Positions 1-8,873 of a stretch of 64,000 nt of DNA are shown here, piece by piece; the stretch's first letter is position 1, and every line of letters starts with the position of its first letter. The notes beneath the pieces were generated by a model. The model saw only the letters and a list, made by a program, of their open reading frames with translations. It did not search any database and had not been told where the DNA came from. The stretch spans positions 16,700-80,699 of the forward strand of contig JBHENC010000015.1 of NCBI GenBank assembly GCA_046262295.1, given 5' to 3'. The translations under genes and the position numbers were made by a program. The stretch comes from Pyrinomonadaceae bacterium. Its GTDB lineage: Bacteria; Acidobacteriota; Blastocatellia; Pyrinomonadales; Pyrinomonadaceae.

Positions 1-323
1 TTCTCCGGCTTTCGGCTGATGCGCACGCCTGCGCTAAAAGTCGGTTGCGCATTGGGCGCGCTTACGACAATCGTGTACGTGCCTGTGTAAGGCAGCGCGG
101 CGTAAACATACTTGCCGCTTTTATCTGTCTTTGTTTTGTATTCGCCTTTGATATCCGTGCGATAGAACACCACGACGGCGTCTTTGACGGGCACTGTCGT
201 GCCGTCGGCCTGCGTCAACATCACTTTGCCGCTCGCCTGTTGAATCTGCGCTGACGCAGCCGCGACGCTCATCAAGCTAAACAGCGCGATGGTTGCGACG
301 CGAGCCAAAAGATTGATACGCAT
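1..323 (-). CDS. Secreted protein, N-terminal part only (carboxypeptidase-regulatory-like beta-sandwich suspected); runs off the left edge
   Basis: Absent from the ORF track because it is open at the window edge. Manual minus-strand translation from ATG 323..321 gives MRINLLARVATIALFSLMSVAAASAQIQQASGKVMLTQADGTTVPVKDAVVVFYRTDIKGEYKTKTDKSGKYVYAALPYTGTYTIVVSAPNAQ... It has a signal-peptide-like start, a GGAG upstream, and no in-frame stop down to position 1. Confidence 0.5.
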   Translation of the reverse strand, partial: MRINLLARVATIALFSLMSVAAASAQIQQASGKVMLTQADGTTVPVKDAVVVFYRTDIKGEYKTKTDKSGKYVYAALPYTGTYTIVVSAPNAQPTFSAGVRISRKPE

Positions 324-450
324 CTTAATCGTCTCCTTGTAAATTAAAGTTGTTTTAATGCTTTGATCCGGCAACTTCCCGCGCAAGTATGATGCGCGAC
401 GGACTTCGCCGGTTGTTACTTTGCCTTATCAAATGTCGGCAACGAAGCGT

Positions 451-1143
451 TCAAGCGTAAGCGATTGGATCGGTCACGTCCGCTTCGCTAAAACCGCGCA
501 GCCTGAGCGCGCATGAATCGCACACGCCGCACGCTCTCTCCGTTGCTTGGTAGCAAGACCATGTGAGTATAAGCGGCGCGTCAAGCTCCAGACCGCGTCG
601 AATAATCTCGGCCTTGCTAAGCGCAATCACAGGCGTTGAAATCCGAATCTGTGTCTCCGGTTTAGTGCCGACTTCGATGGCCTTTTGAAATGCCGCGTAA
701 AATTCCGGGCGACAATCCGGGTAGCCGGATGAATCCTCCGCCACCGCTCCGATATAGATTCTATGTGCTTTTAACACTTCCGCCCAACTGGTGGCAATCG
801 CCAGCAAATGCGCGTTGCGAAAAGGCACGTAACTCGTCGGCACGACGCGCGACGAAAGATCGGCGTCGGCGACAGCGATACTGTGATCGGTTAACGAAGA
901 ACCGCCGATGCGCGCCAGATGTTCTATCGAAACAGCCAGCCGGTGGCGCACTTTGTAGTAATCCGCCAGCTCTTCAAAAGCACGCCGCTCCCGCGCCTGC
1001 GTGCGCTGCCCGTAGGAGACGTGCAGAAAAGCCAGTTCTTCATTCTCCTGCCCGGCAATCGCCGCCGTGACACAGGAATCCATACCGCCCGAAACAAGAC
1101 AGACTGCTTCAGTTTTGAGTTTTGAGTTTTGAGTCTTCAGCAT
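451..1143 (-). CDS. queC: 7-cyano-7-deazaguanine synthase QueC
   Basis: 230 aa with a PP-loop (VCLVSGGMDSCV) and a C-terminal Cys cluster (CGVCDSCALR). It lies next to queE. The first 11 codons (MLKTQNSKLKT) are encoded by a heptamer repeat. Confidence 0.9.
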   Translation of the reverse strand: MLKTQNSKLKTEAVCLVSGGMDSCVTAAIAGQENEELAFLHVSYGQRTQARERRAFEELADYYKVRHRLAVSIEHLARIGGSSLTDHSIAVADADLSSRVVPTSYVPFRNAHLLAIATSWAEVLKAHRIYIGAVAEDSSGYPDCRPEFYAAFQKAIEVGTKPETQIRISTPVIALSKAEIIRRGLELDAPLILTWSCYQATERACGVCDSCALRLRGFSEADVTDPIAYA

Positions 1144-1216
1144 AGAGACGCGACTTTTCTGCTGGAGACCGGCGCGGCCTTCATGCTGAAAACTGAAAAC
1201 CGAAAACTCAAAACCG
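1110..1216. repeat. Two 34-nt inverted arms made of tandem heptamers, separated by 39 nt; the left arm contains the queC start codon
   Basis: Arm 1110..1143 is cagttttgagttttgagttttgagtcttcagcat. Arm 1183..1216 is atgctgaaaactgaaaaccgaaaactcaaaaccg. On the minus-strand transcript I count 32 of 34 positions paired, including 3 G-U pairs. Confidence 0.8.
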
Positions 1217-1251
1217 CCTTCCCCCTCATCGTGCGATTTCCTTCGTTTGAC

Positions 1252-1908
1252 TTAAACGCCGCGCGCGTCCGCGCCCCAAATCTGTTTGTGCATCTGCAAC
1301 TGCATACGCACGTTCAATCCGCTCGCGCTGATCCAGTCGGCCAAGTCCTGCAACTCAAGCGCGCCCCACACGGGCGAGACGAGCACCGCACGGGCGCGAT
1401 TCTCCAGATCGTAGCGCGCCACCACTTCGCGCGTGTAGTCCCAATCCTCGCGGCTCGCCACCACAAATTTAATCTCATCTTTTTCGGTGCGCAGGCGTTC
1501 GAGGTTAGGCCAGTGATTGCGCGCCGCTTCGCCCGATGCAGGGCATTTCACGTCCAGTATAATGCTGGCGCGTTCGTCAACTTGTTCGGTCGAAACGTAG
1601 CCGCCGGTTTCAATCAATACTTCATAGCCTTCGTCGCACAAACGCTCGATGAGCGGAAAGGCTTCGCGTTGCGCGAGCGGTTCGCCGCCCGTTACTTCGA
1701 CGAGTTTGCAGCCGTAGGCGCGCACCTCTTTTATCACGGCATCAATCGTCATCCGCTCGCCGCCCGTGAACGTGTAGGCGCTATCGCACCACACGCAGCG
1801 CATCGGGCAGCCGGTCAGCCGCACGAACGAGCAAGGCCGCCCGGCGTGCGTGGACTCGCCTTGAATCGAACGAAAAATCTCTGTCACGCGCAGCATTGTT
1901 GTTGACAT
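1252..1908 (-). CDS. queE: 7-carboxy-7-deazaguanine synthase QueE (radical SAM)
   Basis: 218 aa with the SIQGEST motif and a Cys cluster (GCPMRCVWCDS). It sits directly upstream of queC on the same strand. Confidence 0.9.
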   Translation of the reverse strand: MSTTMLRVTEIFRSIQGESTHAGRPCSFVRLTGCPMRCVWCDSAYTFTGGERMTIDAVIKEVRAYGCKLVEVTGGEPLAQREAFPLIERLCDEGYEVLIETGGYVSTEQVDERASIILDVKCPASGEAARNHWPNLERLRTEKDEIKFVVASREDWDYTREVVARYDLENRARAVLVSPVWGALELQDLADWISASGLNVRMQLQMHKQIWGADARGV

Positions 1909-2051
1909 CGAAAAAGAATTTAGGAGAGAAATTAATTTAACGCTGACAAATTTGCGTTAAATTTAGCGCACGCAAACACCGGCTGTCAAAGCGCCCCCGT
2001 GCCGTTTCGCTTGATGTAGACGCGCTATCAAAGATAAAAATTGCGTGGTTC

Positions 2052-3041
2052 GTGATAGCATCACAACCGTCGGCGATCAGCCGTTCGCCCGCGAAAACTT
2101 CTGTGAGTCAAGCACCGGCACAAATTGATGAACTCGCCCTTGAAGGCGCGCGGCGATTGATCGCGCGGGCAACTGATTCACGCGCGCTCAGTGCCGTCGT
2201 GCTCGCGCCCGGAATCCGCGCAACACTGCAAAAATATCTGCTATGCGACGTGCCGTTAGCTTCATCGTCAGAGATAGCGCAATTCTGCGATGCGCTGCAC
2301 GCGGATGATGTGTGCTTAATCGCCGCCTGCGAGCGGGGCGACGAAACGGCGTGGCGCGAGTTGATGGAGAAGTATCAAGCGATGGTGCGCGGCGTGGCAC
2401 GCAGCGTGTGCGTGAGCGAAGACAAGGCAGAAGATTTGCAGCAATCCATCTGGGCTGAACTGCACGGGTTGCGCCTGCGTCAAGACGGAAAGCCTGCGGG
2501 CAAGATCGGTTATTATTCCGGTCGCGGCTCGCTCGGCGGCTGGTTGCAGGCCGTTGTCCGCCAACTGGCAATTGACGCGCACCGCCGGGATGCAAAACTC
2601 GTGCAGACGGAAACCGACACCGACTTCGATTATTATACGAACGACGCGCGCGACAACGGAAAAGAGCAAGCACGAAATATCTCGCCCGCGCAGTCCGATC
2701 CCGAACAGGATTTTGCCGAACGCGAGAGCGCGGAGAAACTCGAAAAGGCGCTTGCGTTCGTCGTCCGCGAACTCGCGGCGGAAGACCGTTTGCTCGTCAA
2801 ACTTTACTACTTCGACGGGCTTTCGTTGCGCGAAGCGGGCGCAATCCTCTGTGTCCATGAAGCGACCGCGAGCCGTCGTCTAACCCGCCTGCATAAAGAG
2901 GTGCGAACGCGCGTCGAGGCCGTCTTGATGAAAGATCACGGCTGGACACGGGCTGAAACGGCGCGCTGGATGGCTGAAGTATCAGCGGGGCTGGAAACAA
3001 ATTTGGAGGCGCTGCTGGTGGACGAAAAGGTTTCCCGATGA
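2052..3041 (+). CDS. Sigma-70 family (ECF-like) RNA polymerase sigma factor with an N-terminal extension of about 90 aa
   Basis: 329 aa with a GTG start. Region 2-like WRELMEKYQAMVRGVA and region 4 HTH LSLREAGAILCVHEATASRRLTRLHKEV. An anti-sigma gene follows. Confidence 0.8.
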   Translation: MIASQPSAISRSPAKTSVSQAPAQIDELALEGARRLIARATDSRALSAVVLAPGIRATLQKYLLCDVPLASSSEIAQFCDALHADDVCLIAACERGDETAWRELMEKYQAMVRGVARSVCVSEDKAEDLQQSIWAELHGLRLRQDGKPAGKIGYYSGRGSLGGWLQAVVRQLAIDAHRRDAKLVQTETDTDFDYYTNDARDNGKEQARNISPAQSDPEQDFAERESAEKLEKALAFVVRELAAEDRLLVKLYYFDGLSLREAGAILCVHEATASRRLTRLHKEVRTRVEAVLMKDHGWTRAETARWMAEVSAGLETNLEALLVDEKVSR

Positions 3042-3183
3042 AGCGAGACTTTGCGCCGGAAGGCAGCGCACGCTGTCGGAAAGCTGCCGCGAAAACCCGA
3101 CGCGCCGATAATTATCGCAAGCAAAGCGGCTCTCCTGCGTTCTTTAAGTGTTTGCGCCGCGTGGCGCGATGCGAGTGCGTTTG

Positions 3184-4536
3184 ATGAAACAAGATTCCGA
3201 TAACATGATTGATTTTCTGCTGCGCCGCCACGCGCAGAAGAATCTCGTTGTGCCTACTGCACACAGTGCGGAGACGCCAATCGAAGCGGGCACGCGCATT
3301 CAATCTACAAGTAATAATGCAATACATTTGGACGCAGACGAGTTAGCGTCCTTTGCGGAGAACGCCGTGCCCGCCAACACACGCGCGCGTTACATCACGC
3401 ATCTCGCGGATTGCGATGCCTGCCGCAGTATTTTAATAAGCCTTGCGCAAACGAACGCGGACGCTCATCAAACTGCGATGCAGTCTTCCACGCAAAGTCA
3501 TTCCGTGCGCGCGAGTTGGCGTGAAACGTTCGCCGCCTTTTGGTCTGCGCGGAACCTGCGTTTTGCCGCGCCCGCCTTCGCCGTTCTTGCCGTCGCCATC
3601 ATTATCGCGCTCATCGCAGGCGTTGCCATGCGCCGCCATCGCAACGAAGAAATTCTCGTCGCATCGAACCATGAAGAACAGACGCGCATAGACCCAATCG
3701 CCGCGCCTGGCGAAACGCAGACGCCATCTACTGAAAACATTACTGCCGCAGAAAAGTCAGCCAACCAATCGCCCGCATCCAGAACTTCCGGCAACACGGC
3801 GATACAACCGAACGGCTCTACCGCACCGGTCAAGCAAGCGGGGGATGCGGGAACATCCGGCGCAGGCATGACTGCACGCTCAGACGCCATCGCGCAAGAT
3901 AAAGCTGGAACAAAAAGTATTCCCGATCCTACCGCACTCGCGCGCGACGAACGGCAGGCAGCAGCAGCCGATGATGATGCGATCAGAATCGTGCCGCAGA
4001 ATTCTTTCCCCTCCGTTGCCTCCGCACCGTCGCCTTCAGCCGCGCAGAGCACTACCGCGAGCGAGTCGGCAAATGTTCCCGGAGTCGCCGCCGGAGTCGT
4101 CGCCGCCGTTAATAATGCAGCTTCGAGTAAAAAAATGAATACCCGGATATCGAGCAACGATGCTGCGGGCGTCGCTGCATCGTCTGCCGCGAAGCCGGAG
4201 CAATCCCAAGCCTCCGTCGCTCGCCGCAGAGCTACGCGCGCACCGACGGAAACAGACGCAGCGCCTCCTCCTCCAAGTCCGCGCGGTGCGGTGGCCGATA
4301 ATGCCGCTAAAGCACCGGAGGTGCGCCGCGTGAGCGGGCGGGAGTTTCGTAAACAGGGCGGCGTGTGGGTAGATACCGCGTATGCTTCGCCACCGCAGAC
4401 GTTGACGAGCGTCGCGCGCGGCTCCGAACAATATCGCGCACTTGTCGCCGACGAACCGGCCATCAGAAAAATCGCAGACCAACTCGGCGGCGAAATCATC
4501 GTCGTCTGGAAACGCCGCGCTTATCGGATACGTTGA
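3184..4536 (+). CDS. Anti-sigma factor (zf-HC2 type), single-pass membrane protein
   Basis: Contains HLADCDACRSIL, one TM segment (FAAPAFAVLAVAIIIALIAGVAM) and a long Ala/Ser/Pro-rich region. The start is ambiguous among GTG 3148, ATG 3169 and ATG 3184. I chose 3184 because of its TGATG junction with the upstream small ORF. Confidence 0.6.
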   Translation: MKQDSDNMIDFLLRRHAQKNLVVPTAHSAETPIEAGTRIQSTSNNAIHLDADELASFAENAVPANTRARYITHLADCDACRSILISLAQTNADAHQTAMQSSTQSHSVRASWRETFAAFWSARNLRFAAPAFAVLAVAIIIALIAGVAMRRHRNEEILVASNHEEQTRIDPIAAPGETQTPSTENITAAEKSANQSPASRTSGNTAIQPNGSTAPVKQAGDAGTSGAGMTARSDAIAQDKAGTKSIPDPTALARDERQAAAADDDAIRIVPQNSFPSVASAPSPSAAQSTTASESANVPGVAAGVVAAVNNAASSKKMNTRISSNDAAGVAASSAAKPEQSQASVARRRATRAPTETDAAPPPPSPRGAVADNAAKAPEVRRVSGREFRKQGGVWVDTAYASPPQTLTSVARGSEQYRALVADEPAIRKIADQLGGEIIVVWKRRAYRIR

Positions 4537-4622
4537 GCGGTTCGCGCGCCAGCGTCGTATACTCGCGCGGCTTTCGGTCACTTTATCGCCCGACTCTAAT
4601 CTCGATTCTAAAAGGATTGCCG

Positions 4623-6194
4623 ATGATATTTCGCAGCCCGTTCGACTCCGTAGAGATTCCTGATATCGCGCTGACACCTTTCGTGCTGCAAAGAGCCGCG
4701 CAACACGCGGATAAGCCCGCGCTCGTCGAAGGATTAACCGGGCGAACGATTACTTACGGGGAATTGAGCAGGCAGGCAGGCACGGCGGCGACAAATCTGG
4801 CGCGGCGCGGTTTGCGAAAAGGCGATGTCGCGGGCATTTACAGCCCGAACACGCCGGAATATGCCAGCGCGTTTCACGCGCTTGCGCTGGCGGGCGCGGT
4901 GACGACGACGATCAATCCGGCTTACACCCTTGATGAAGTCGCGCATCAATTAAAAGACGCGGGCGCGAAATATCTCTTCGCGGCGGAATCGCTATGGGAT
5001 AAAGCGTATGAAGCGGCGCGCTGTAGTGGCGGCGTCCGCGAACTCTTTGTCTTCGGCGAAGCAAAAGACACTACTTCTTTCGCTGATTTGTTGAGCGGAG
5101 ATGCGCCGCCGCCATGCGTTGAAATAAACCCGCATGAAGACCTCGCCGCGCTGCCGTATTCGAGCGGCACGACGGGACTCGCAAAGGGCGTGATGCTCAC
5201 ACATCGCAACATGGTGGCGAGCATCATTCAAGGCGAAACCGTCGGCCACACGACGGCGAACGATGTCTTGATCTGTTTCCTGCCGCTGTTTCATATTTAC
5301 GGCCTCAACGTAGTGCTGAACCTGGGGTTGCGTACGGGCGCGACCATCGTCACGTTGCCGCGTTTTCAACTCGAAGAATTTTTACAGGTGATGCAGGATT
5401 ACGGTGTCACGTTCGCGCATCTCGTGCCGCCCGTCGTGCTCGCGTTGGCGAAGAATCCGATTGTGGACAACTATGATCTTTCAAAATTGAAGACGATTTT
5501 TTGTGGCGCAGCGCCGCTTGGTGAAGAGCTTACGCGCACGTGCGAAATGCGGCTCGGTTGTGTCATACGGCAGGGCTACGGTATGACGGAGACGAGTCCG
5601 ATTATCACCATAAGCCCCGACGATGCCGCGCAGATTACGCAAGGCTCCGTCGGCTGGTGCGCGCCCGCGACGGAATGCAAAATCGTGGACGTTGAAACGA
5701 ACGCGGAGCTTTCATTCAAGGAAAGGGGAGAGCTTTGCGTGCGCGGGCCACAGGTAATGAAGGGCTATCTAAATCAGCCTGACGCGACCGCGCACACGAT
5801 TGACGAAGACGGCTGGCTGCACACGGGCGACATCGCATATGTTGACGAGGACAACTCTTTCTACATCGTGGATCGGCTCAAGGAGTTGATTAAGTACAAA
5901 GGCTTTCAGGTTGCGCCCGCCGAGTTGGAAGCGTTGCTGCTGGCGCATCCGTGTGTGGCGGATGCGGCGGTGATTCCGAGTCCAGACGAAGAGGCGGGCG
6001 AAGTTCCGAAAGCCTTCATTGTGCTGAAAGAAGAAGTGAGCGCGGAAGCGTTGATGGAGTTTGTCGCCGCTCGCGCCGCGCCCCACAAGAAAATCCGCAA
6101 GCTTGAATTTGTCGAGCAGATTCCGAAATCCGCATCCGGCAAAATCCTGCGCCGCGTGCTCGTCGCACGCGAACGCGCGACGCCTGCGACGTGA
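4623..6194 (+). CDS. AMP-dependent acyl-CoA / 4-coumarate-CoA ligase family protein
   Basis: AMP-binding motifs LPYSSGTTGLAKGV and GYGMTET, plus C-terminal PKSASGKILRR. The track ORF starts at 4365 and overlaps the anti-sigma gene. MIFRSPFDSVEIPD at 4623 is the plausible start. Confidence 0.85.
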   Translation: MIFRSPFDSVEIPDIALTPFVLQRAAQHADKPALVEGLTGRTITYGELSRQAGTAATNLARRGLRKGDVAGIYSPNTPEYASAFHALALAGAVTTTINPAYTLDEVAHQLKDAGAKYLFAAESLWDKAYEAARCSGGVRELFVFGEAKDTTSFADLLSGDAPPPCVEINPHEDLAALPYSSGTTGLAKGVMLTHRNMVASIIQGETVGHTTANDVLICFLPLFHIYGLNVVLNLGLRTGATIVTLPRFQLEEFLQVMQDYGVTFAHLVPPVVLALAKNPIVDNYDLSKLKTIFCGAAPLGEELTRTCEMRLGCVIRQGYGMTETSPIITISPDDAAQITQGSVGWCAPATECKIVDVETNAELSFKERGELCVRGPQVMKGYLNQPDATAHTIDEDGWLHTGDIAYVDEDNSFYIVDRLKELIKYKGFQVAPAELEALLLAHPCVADAAVIPSPDEEAGEVPKAFIVLKEEVSAEALMEFVAARAAPHKKIRKLEFVEQIPKSASGKILRRVLVARERATPAT

Positions 6195-6300
6195 GCGTGT
6201 TGCCTGCGCGGTTCGCTTCGCGTTACAGTCATTGCACAGCACTCGATAAAGCAATACGCAACTAAAGATCGTCTTAACAGCACACAGGGAGATTGTTTCA

Positions 6301-7770
6301 GTGAATAGAAAACTTTTCGCCGCTCGCCCATTCGTGATAACTCTTGCCGCGCTCTTCGCGTTGTTCGCCGCGTCGCTGCCCGTAAGCGCGAACGCGCAAG
6401 GTCGAGGCGGAAATCGAAATAGAACGGAGCGGCACGGGCGTCGGGCGACGGCGCGTGATGCTTCATCCGGCGCGCGTATGGACGCTGAAATCGCGCGCAT
6501 CGTTTCCGAGATAAACGCGCGCAACATAGAGCGCACGATCCGCACGCTCGTTTCCTTCGGCTCGCGCAACACGCTTTCGGCGCAGGACGATCCGAAGCGC
6601 GGCATCGGCGCGGCGCGTGATTGGCTTTACGCGGAATTCTCGAAAGCGGCGCAATTATCCGGTGGGCGCATGACAGTTGAAAAGCAGTCGTATCTGCAAG
6701 AAGCGCAGCCGCCGCCGCGCGGTCGTGTGCCGCAACCGACGACGGTCACGAACATCGTCGCCACGCTCAAAGGAACGCAGCCCGAATCGGCAAGCCGCGT
6801 CTATGTCGTGAGCGGCCATTATGATTCGATGTGCGCTGATCCGAAGGATGCCGTGTGCGATTCGCCGGGCGCGAACGATGATGCGTCGGGTGTGGCGGCG
6901 GTGCTCGAGATGGCGCGCGTAATGGCAAAACGAAATTTCGACGCGACGATTATCTTCATGGCGGTCGCGGGCGAAGAGCAGGGATTGCTCGGCTCAACTT
7001 ATTTCGCGGAGCAGGCCAAACAAAACAAGATGGACATTCAGGCGATGTTCACCAACGACATTATCGGCAACAGCACGGGCGGCAACGGCGTCCATGACCC
7101 GAACACGATTCGCGTCTTTTCGGAAGGCGTGCCGTCGAGCGAAACGCCCGAAGAAGCGACCACGCGGCGCGGCACGGGTGGCGAAAACGATTCCGCCTCG
7201 CGCCAGCTCGCGCGCTTCATCAAGGAGACCACCGAACGCTATGTGCCGACGATGAATGCGATGCTCGTTTACCGGCGCGACCGTTACCTGCGCGGCGGCG
7301 ACCATATCCCGTTTCTCGAACGCGGCTTTCCGGCAGTACGCTTCTGCGAACCGAACGAGAATTATCAACACCAGCATCAGAACGTCCGCGTCGAGAACGG
7401 GATTCAATACGGCGATCTGCCGCAGTTCGTTGATTTCAACTACACGGCGAAAGTCGCGCGCGTCAACGCCGCAAATTTAGCCGCGCTCGCGCTCGCTCCC
7501 ACTGCGCCGAAAGCCGTCAGCATCATCACGAAGAATCTGACCAACGACACGGAGTTGCGATGGACGGCGAACACCGAACAAGACCTCGCCGGTTACGAAA
7601 TCGTCTGGCGCGATACCACTTCTCCCCTCTGGACGAACTCTCGCTTTATCGGCAACGCGACGACCTACACCGCACGCGGAATGTCCAAAGACAACTACTT
7701 CTTCGGCGTCCGCGCCGTAGATAAACAGGGACACCGCAGCCCCGCCAGCTTCCCGCGCCCCGTGCGGTAG
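6301..7770 (+). CDS. Secreted M28 family metallopeptidase with a C-terminal FN3-like domain
   Basis: GTG start with a signal peptide (LFALFAASLPVSANAQ). M28 motifs GHYDS, NDDASGVAAVLEMAR and GEEQGLLGS. Confidence 0.8.
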   Translation: MNRKLFAARPFVITLAALFALFAASLPVSANAQGRGGNRNRTERHGRRATARDASSGARMDAEIARIVSEINARNIERTIRTLVSFGSRNTLSAQDDPKRGIGAARDWLYAEFSKAAQLSGGRMTVEKQSYLQEAQPPPRGRVPQPTTVTNIVATLKGTQPESASRVYVVSGHYDSMCADPKDAVCDSPGANDDASGVAAVLEMARVMAKRNFDATIIFMAVAGEEQGLLGSTYFAEQAKQNKMDIQAMFTNDIIGNSTGGNGVHDPNTIRVFSEGVPSSETPEEATTRRGTGGENDSASRQLARFIKETTERYVPTMNAMLVYRRDRYLRGGDHIPFLERGFPAVRFCEPNENYQHQHQNVRVENGIQYGDLPQFVDFNYTAKVARVNAANLAALALAPTAPKAVSIITKNLTNDTELRWTANTEQDLAGYEIVWRDTTSPLWTNSRFIGNATTYTARGMSKDNYFFGVRAVDKQGHRSPASFPRPVR

Positions 7771-7778
7771 AAGAACTT

Positions 7779-7785
7779 GTTAGAT
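7779..7785 (+). mobile_element. Lone integron-type core site GTTAGAT (GTTRRRY) at the left boundary of the cassette array
   Basis: The heptamer is identical to the R' box of the attC at 8955..8961. It lies 9 nt after the M28 stop codon, where base composition drops visibly. Confidence 0.45.
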
Positions 7786-8318
7786 GGCTTCTTGGCGCAT
7801 ATGCATATTATCAAGTAGCGGAGGTGACGATTTGGCGCATACAGACCGGCCCAGCGAATCAGATCAAACTCGCCTAGATTATTGGAGTGAGCTTATGAAA
7901 TACATGAAGGGGCGCAAAAGCTTCATAAGGTTTAATGAGCCTAGTTCCAAGCTCCACCAGCTTAGAGCGAAAGCAGAAACCTTCGGCAGTGACAAGTTTA
8001 TTTTAGTCGCATTGGCAAACCTACGACCGTCGCGCATAGGAGTCGGAGTAGAAATCTCAGGCCCGGAAGAATATTACGCTGCTTTAGCGAAGGATAAATT
8101 TAGCATTGATAGTGAGATTGGCCACATGCTGGGTGACAAACAAACCGTTGAATGGGATTCAAAAACGAAAGTTAGAGATATGTGGCTGTATTGGAGTGCT
8201 GATTTCCACAAGCGTCAACAGTGGCCGGAACAACATTAAATGGTTAAGTGATAGGCTTGAGGCTTTCCAAAGAGTCCTAGAGCAAAGAATCTCTGAGTTG
8301 CTCCGCGCTTCATCTTAA
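7784..8318 (+). pseudogene. Cassette ORF, DUF4268-like protein, split by a 1-nt frame disruption near 8230-8240
   Basis: Track ORF 7784..8239 ends ...RQQWPEQH*. The sequence continues in another frame as IKWLSDRLEAFQRVLEQRISEL to 8318 (tail of track ORF 8106..8318). The region is AT-richer than its flanks. Confidence 0.5.
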
Positions 8319-8331
8319 ATCGAAACGCGCC

Positions 8332-8433
8332 ATCTAACAACTGCATGCACCCGACCGCGAATATCGTTGCCTTCATCCGCGAGGCTTGGCCGTAATCACG
8401 TCTCGTCGCGGCGGGTGATGCCGGGCGTTAAGC
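8332..8433 (+). mobile_element. Integron attC recombination site 1 (102 bp)
   Basis: R'' is ATCTAAC (fits RYYYAAC) at 8332..8338. R' is GTTAAGC (fits GTTRRRY) at 8427..8433. The inner arms GCAT(G)CACCCG(A)CCGCG and CGCGGCGGGTGATGC are complementary except for two unpaired bases in the 5' arm. Confidence 0.7.
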
Positions 8434-8480
8434 CGCTTACGTAGTCAATCGTTCCTTCACAGGAGGCATGATCAACCGTC

Positions 8481-8846
8481 ATGGAGGTGTTCTGGGCTGT
8501 TATCGTTTCCGTGATCCTGATCTTAATTATTTACGGGATCATTAACTCTAAAATCCAGAAGCGCAAGCCGGTTTCTATTTCTCTCGGCAACATTAAGCTC
8601 AAGAAGATTGACGAAGTATTTGACCCGGCGAAGCGTTATCATGTAGTCATAAACTCCGGCACGAAATTCGAGAACGTCAAGATAATCGGATTCGCTGAGG
8701 CTGTCGGAGGCCCTGATTACGAAGTCGTGTGGTCATCGCGCCGGTGGCTAATCTTGGAGGGAGTGGACGGGACCATGATGTTCGTCAGCCCGTACAGAGT
8801 TATGTGGATGAAAGAGGCGGCGGAAGGAGTTACGGCAGGCAAGTGA
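8481..8846 (+). CDS. Cassette ORF, hypothetical N-terminally membrane-anchored protein (121 aa)
   Basis: The ORF lies between the two attC sites on the same strand as them. It has one TM segment (FWAVIVSVILILIIYGII). I recognise no family. Confidence 0.55.
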   Translation: MEVFWAVIVSVILILIIYGIINSKIQKRKPVSISLGNIKLKKIDEVFDPAKRYHVVINSGTKFENVKIIGFAEAVGGPDYEVVWSSRRWLILEGVDGTMMFVSPYRVMWMKEAAEGVTAGK

Positions 8847-8873
8847 GGCGGCGGGGGTTGTCCGGTGGGCGTG

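Noticed and set aside
1110-1143. Heptamer tandem repeats considered as a CRISPR or other spaced-repeat array.
   Set aside because: The repeats are contiguous 7-mers with no spacers, and no cas genes are present. They are interpreted as hairpin arms instead.
1129-1905. 258-aa plus-strand ORF antisense to queE. Similar long antisense ORFs occur at 3498..4499, 5769..6605, 28501..29238, 33237..33965, 42285..43157, 50197..50946 and 58376..59137.
   Set aside because: Each lies entirely opposite a gene with clear family motifs. Their translations are Arg/Ala/His-rich and of low complexity, as expected for open antisense frames in high-GC DNA.
1909-2051. Possible preQ1 riboswitch upstream of queE. 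The AT-rich leader contains TTAACGC-N10-GCGTTAA and a GCGTTAAATTTAGCGC near-palindrome.
   Set aside because: I could not fit the preQ1-I layout (5-bp P1, conserved loop and A-rich tail forming a pseudoknot) or the preQ1-II layout. The region is also the divergent promoter for the sigma factor gene. An Rfam scan would settle it.
4365-4622. N-terminal extension of the acyl-CoA ligase ORF (track start 4365). The same applies to the gnd ORF (track start 44102).
   Set aside because: The extensions overlap the preceding genes (anti-sigma and MFS transporter) and are Arg-rich nonsense. Internal starts at 4623 and 44549 give canonical N-termini, and 44549 has a ribosome-binding site.
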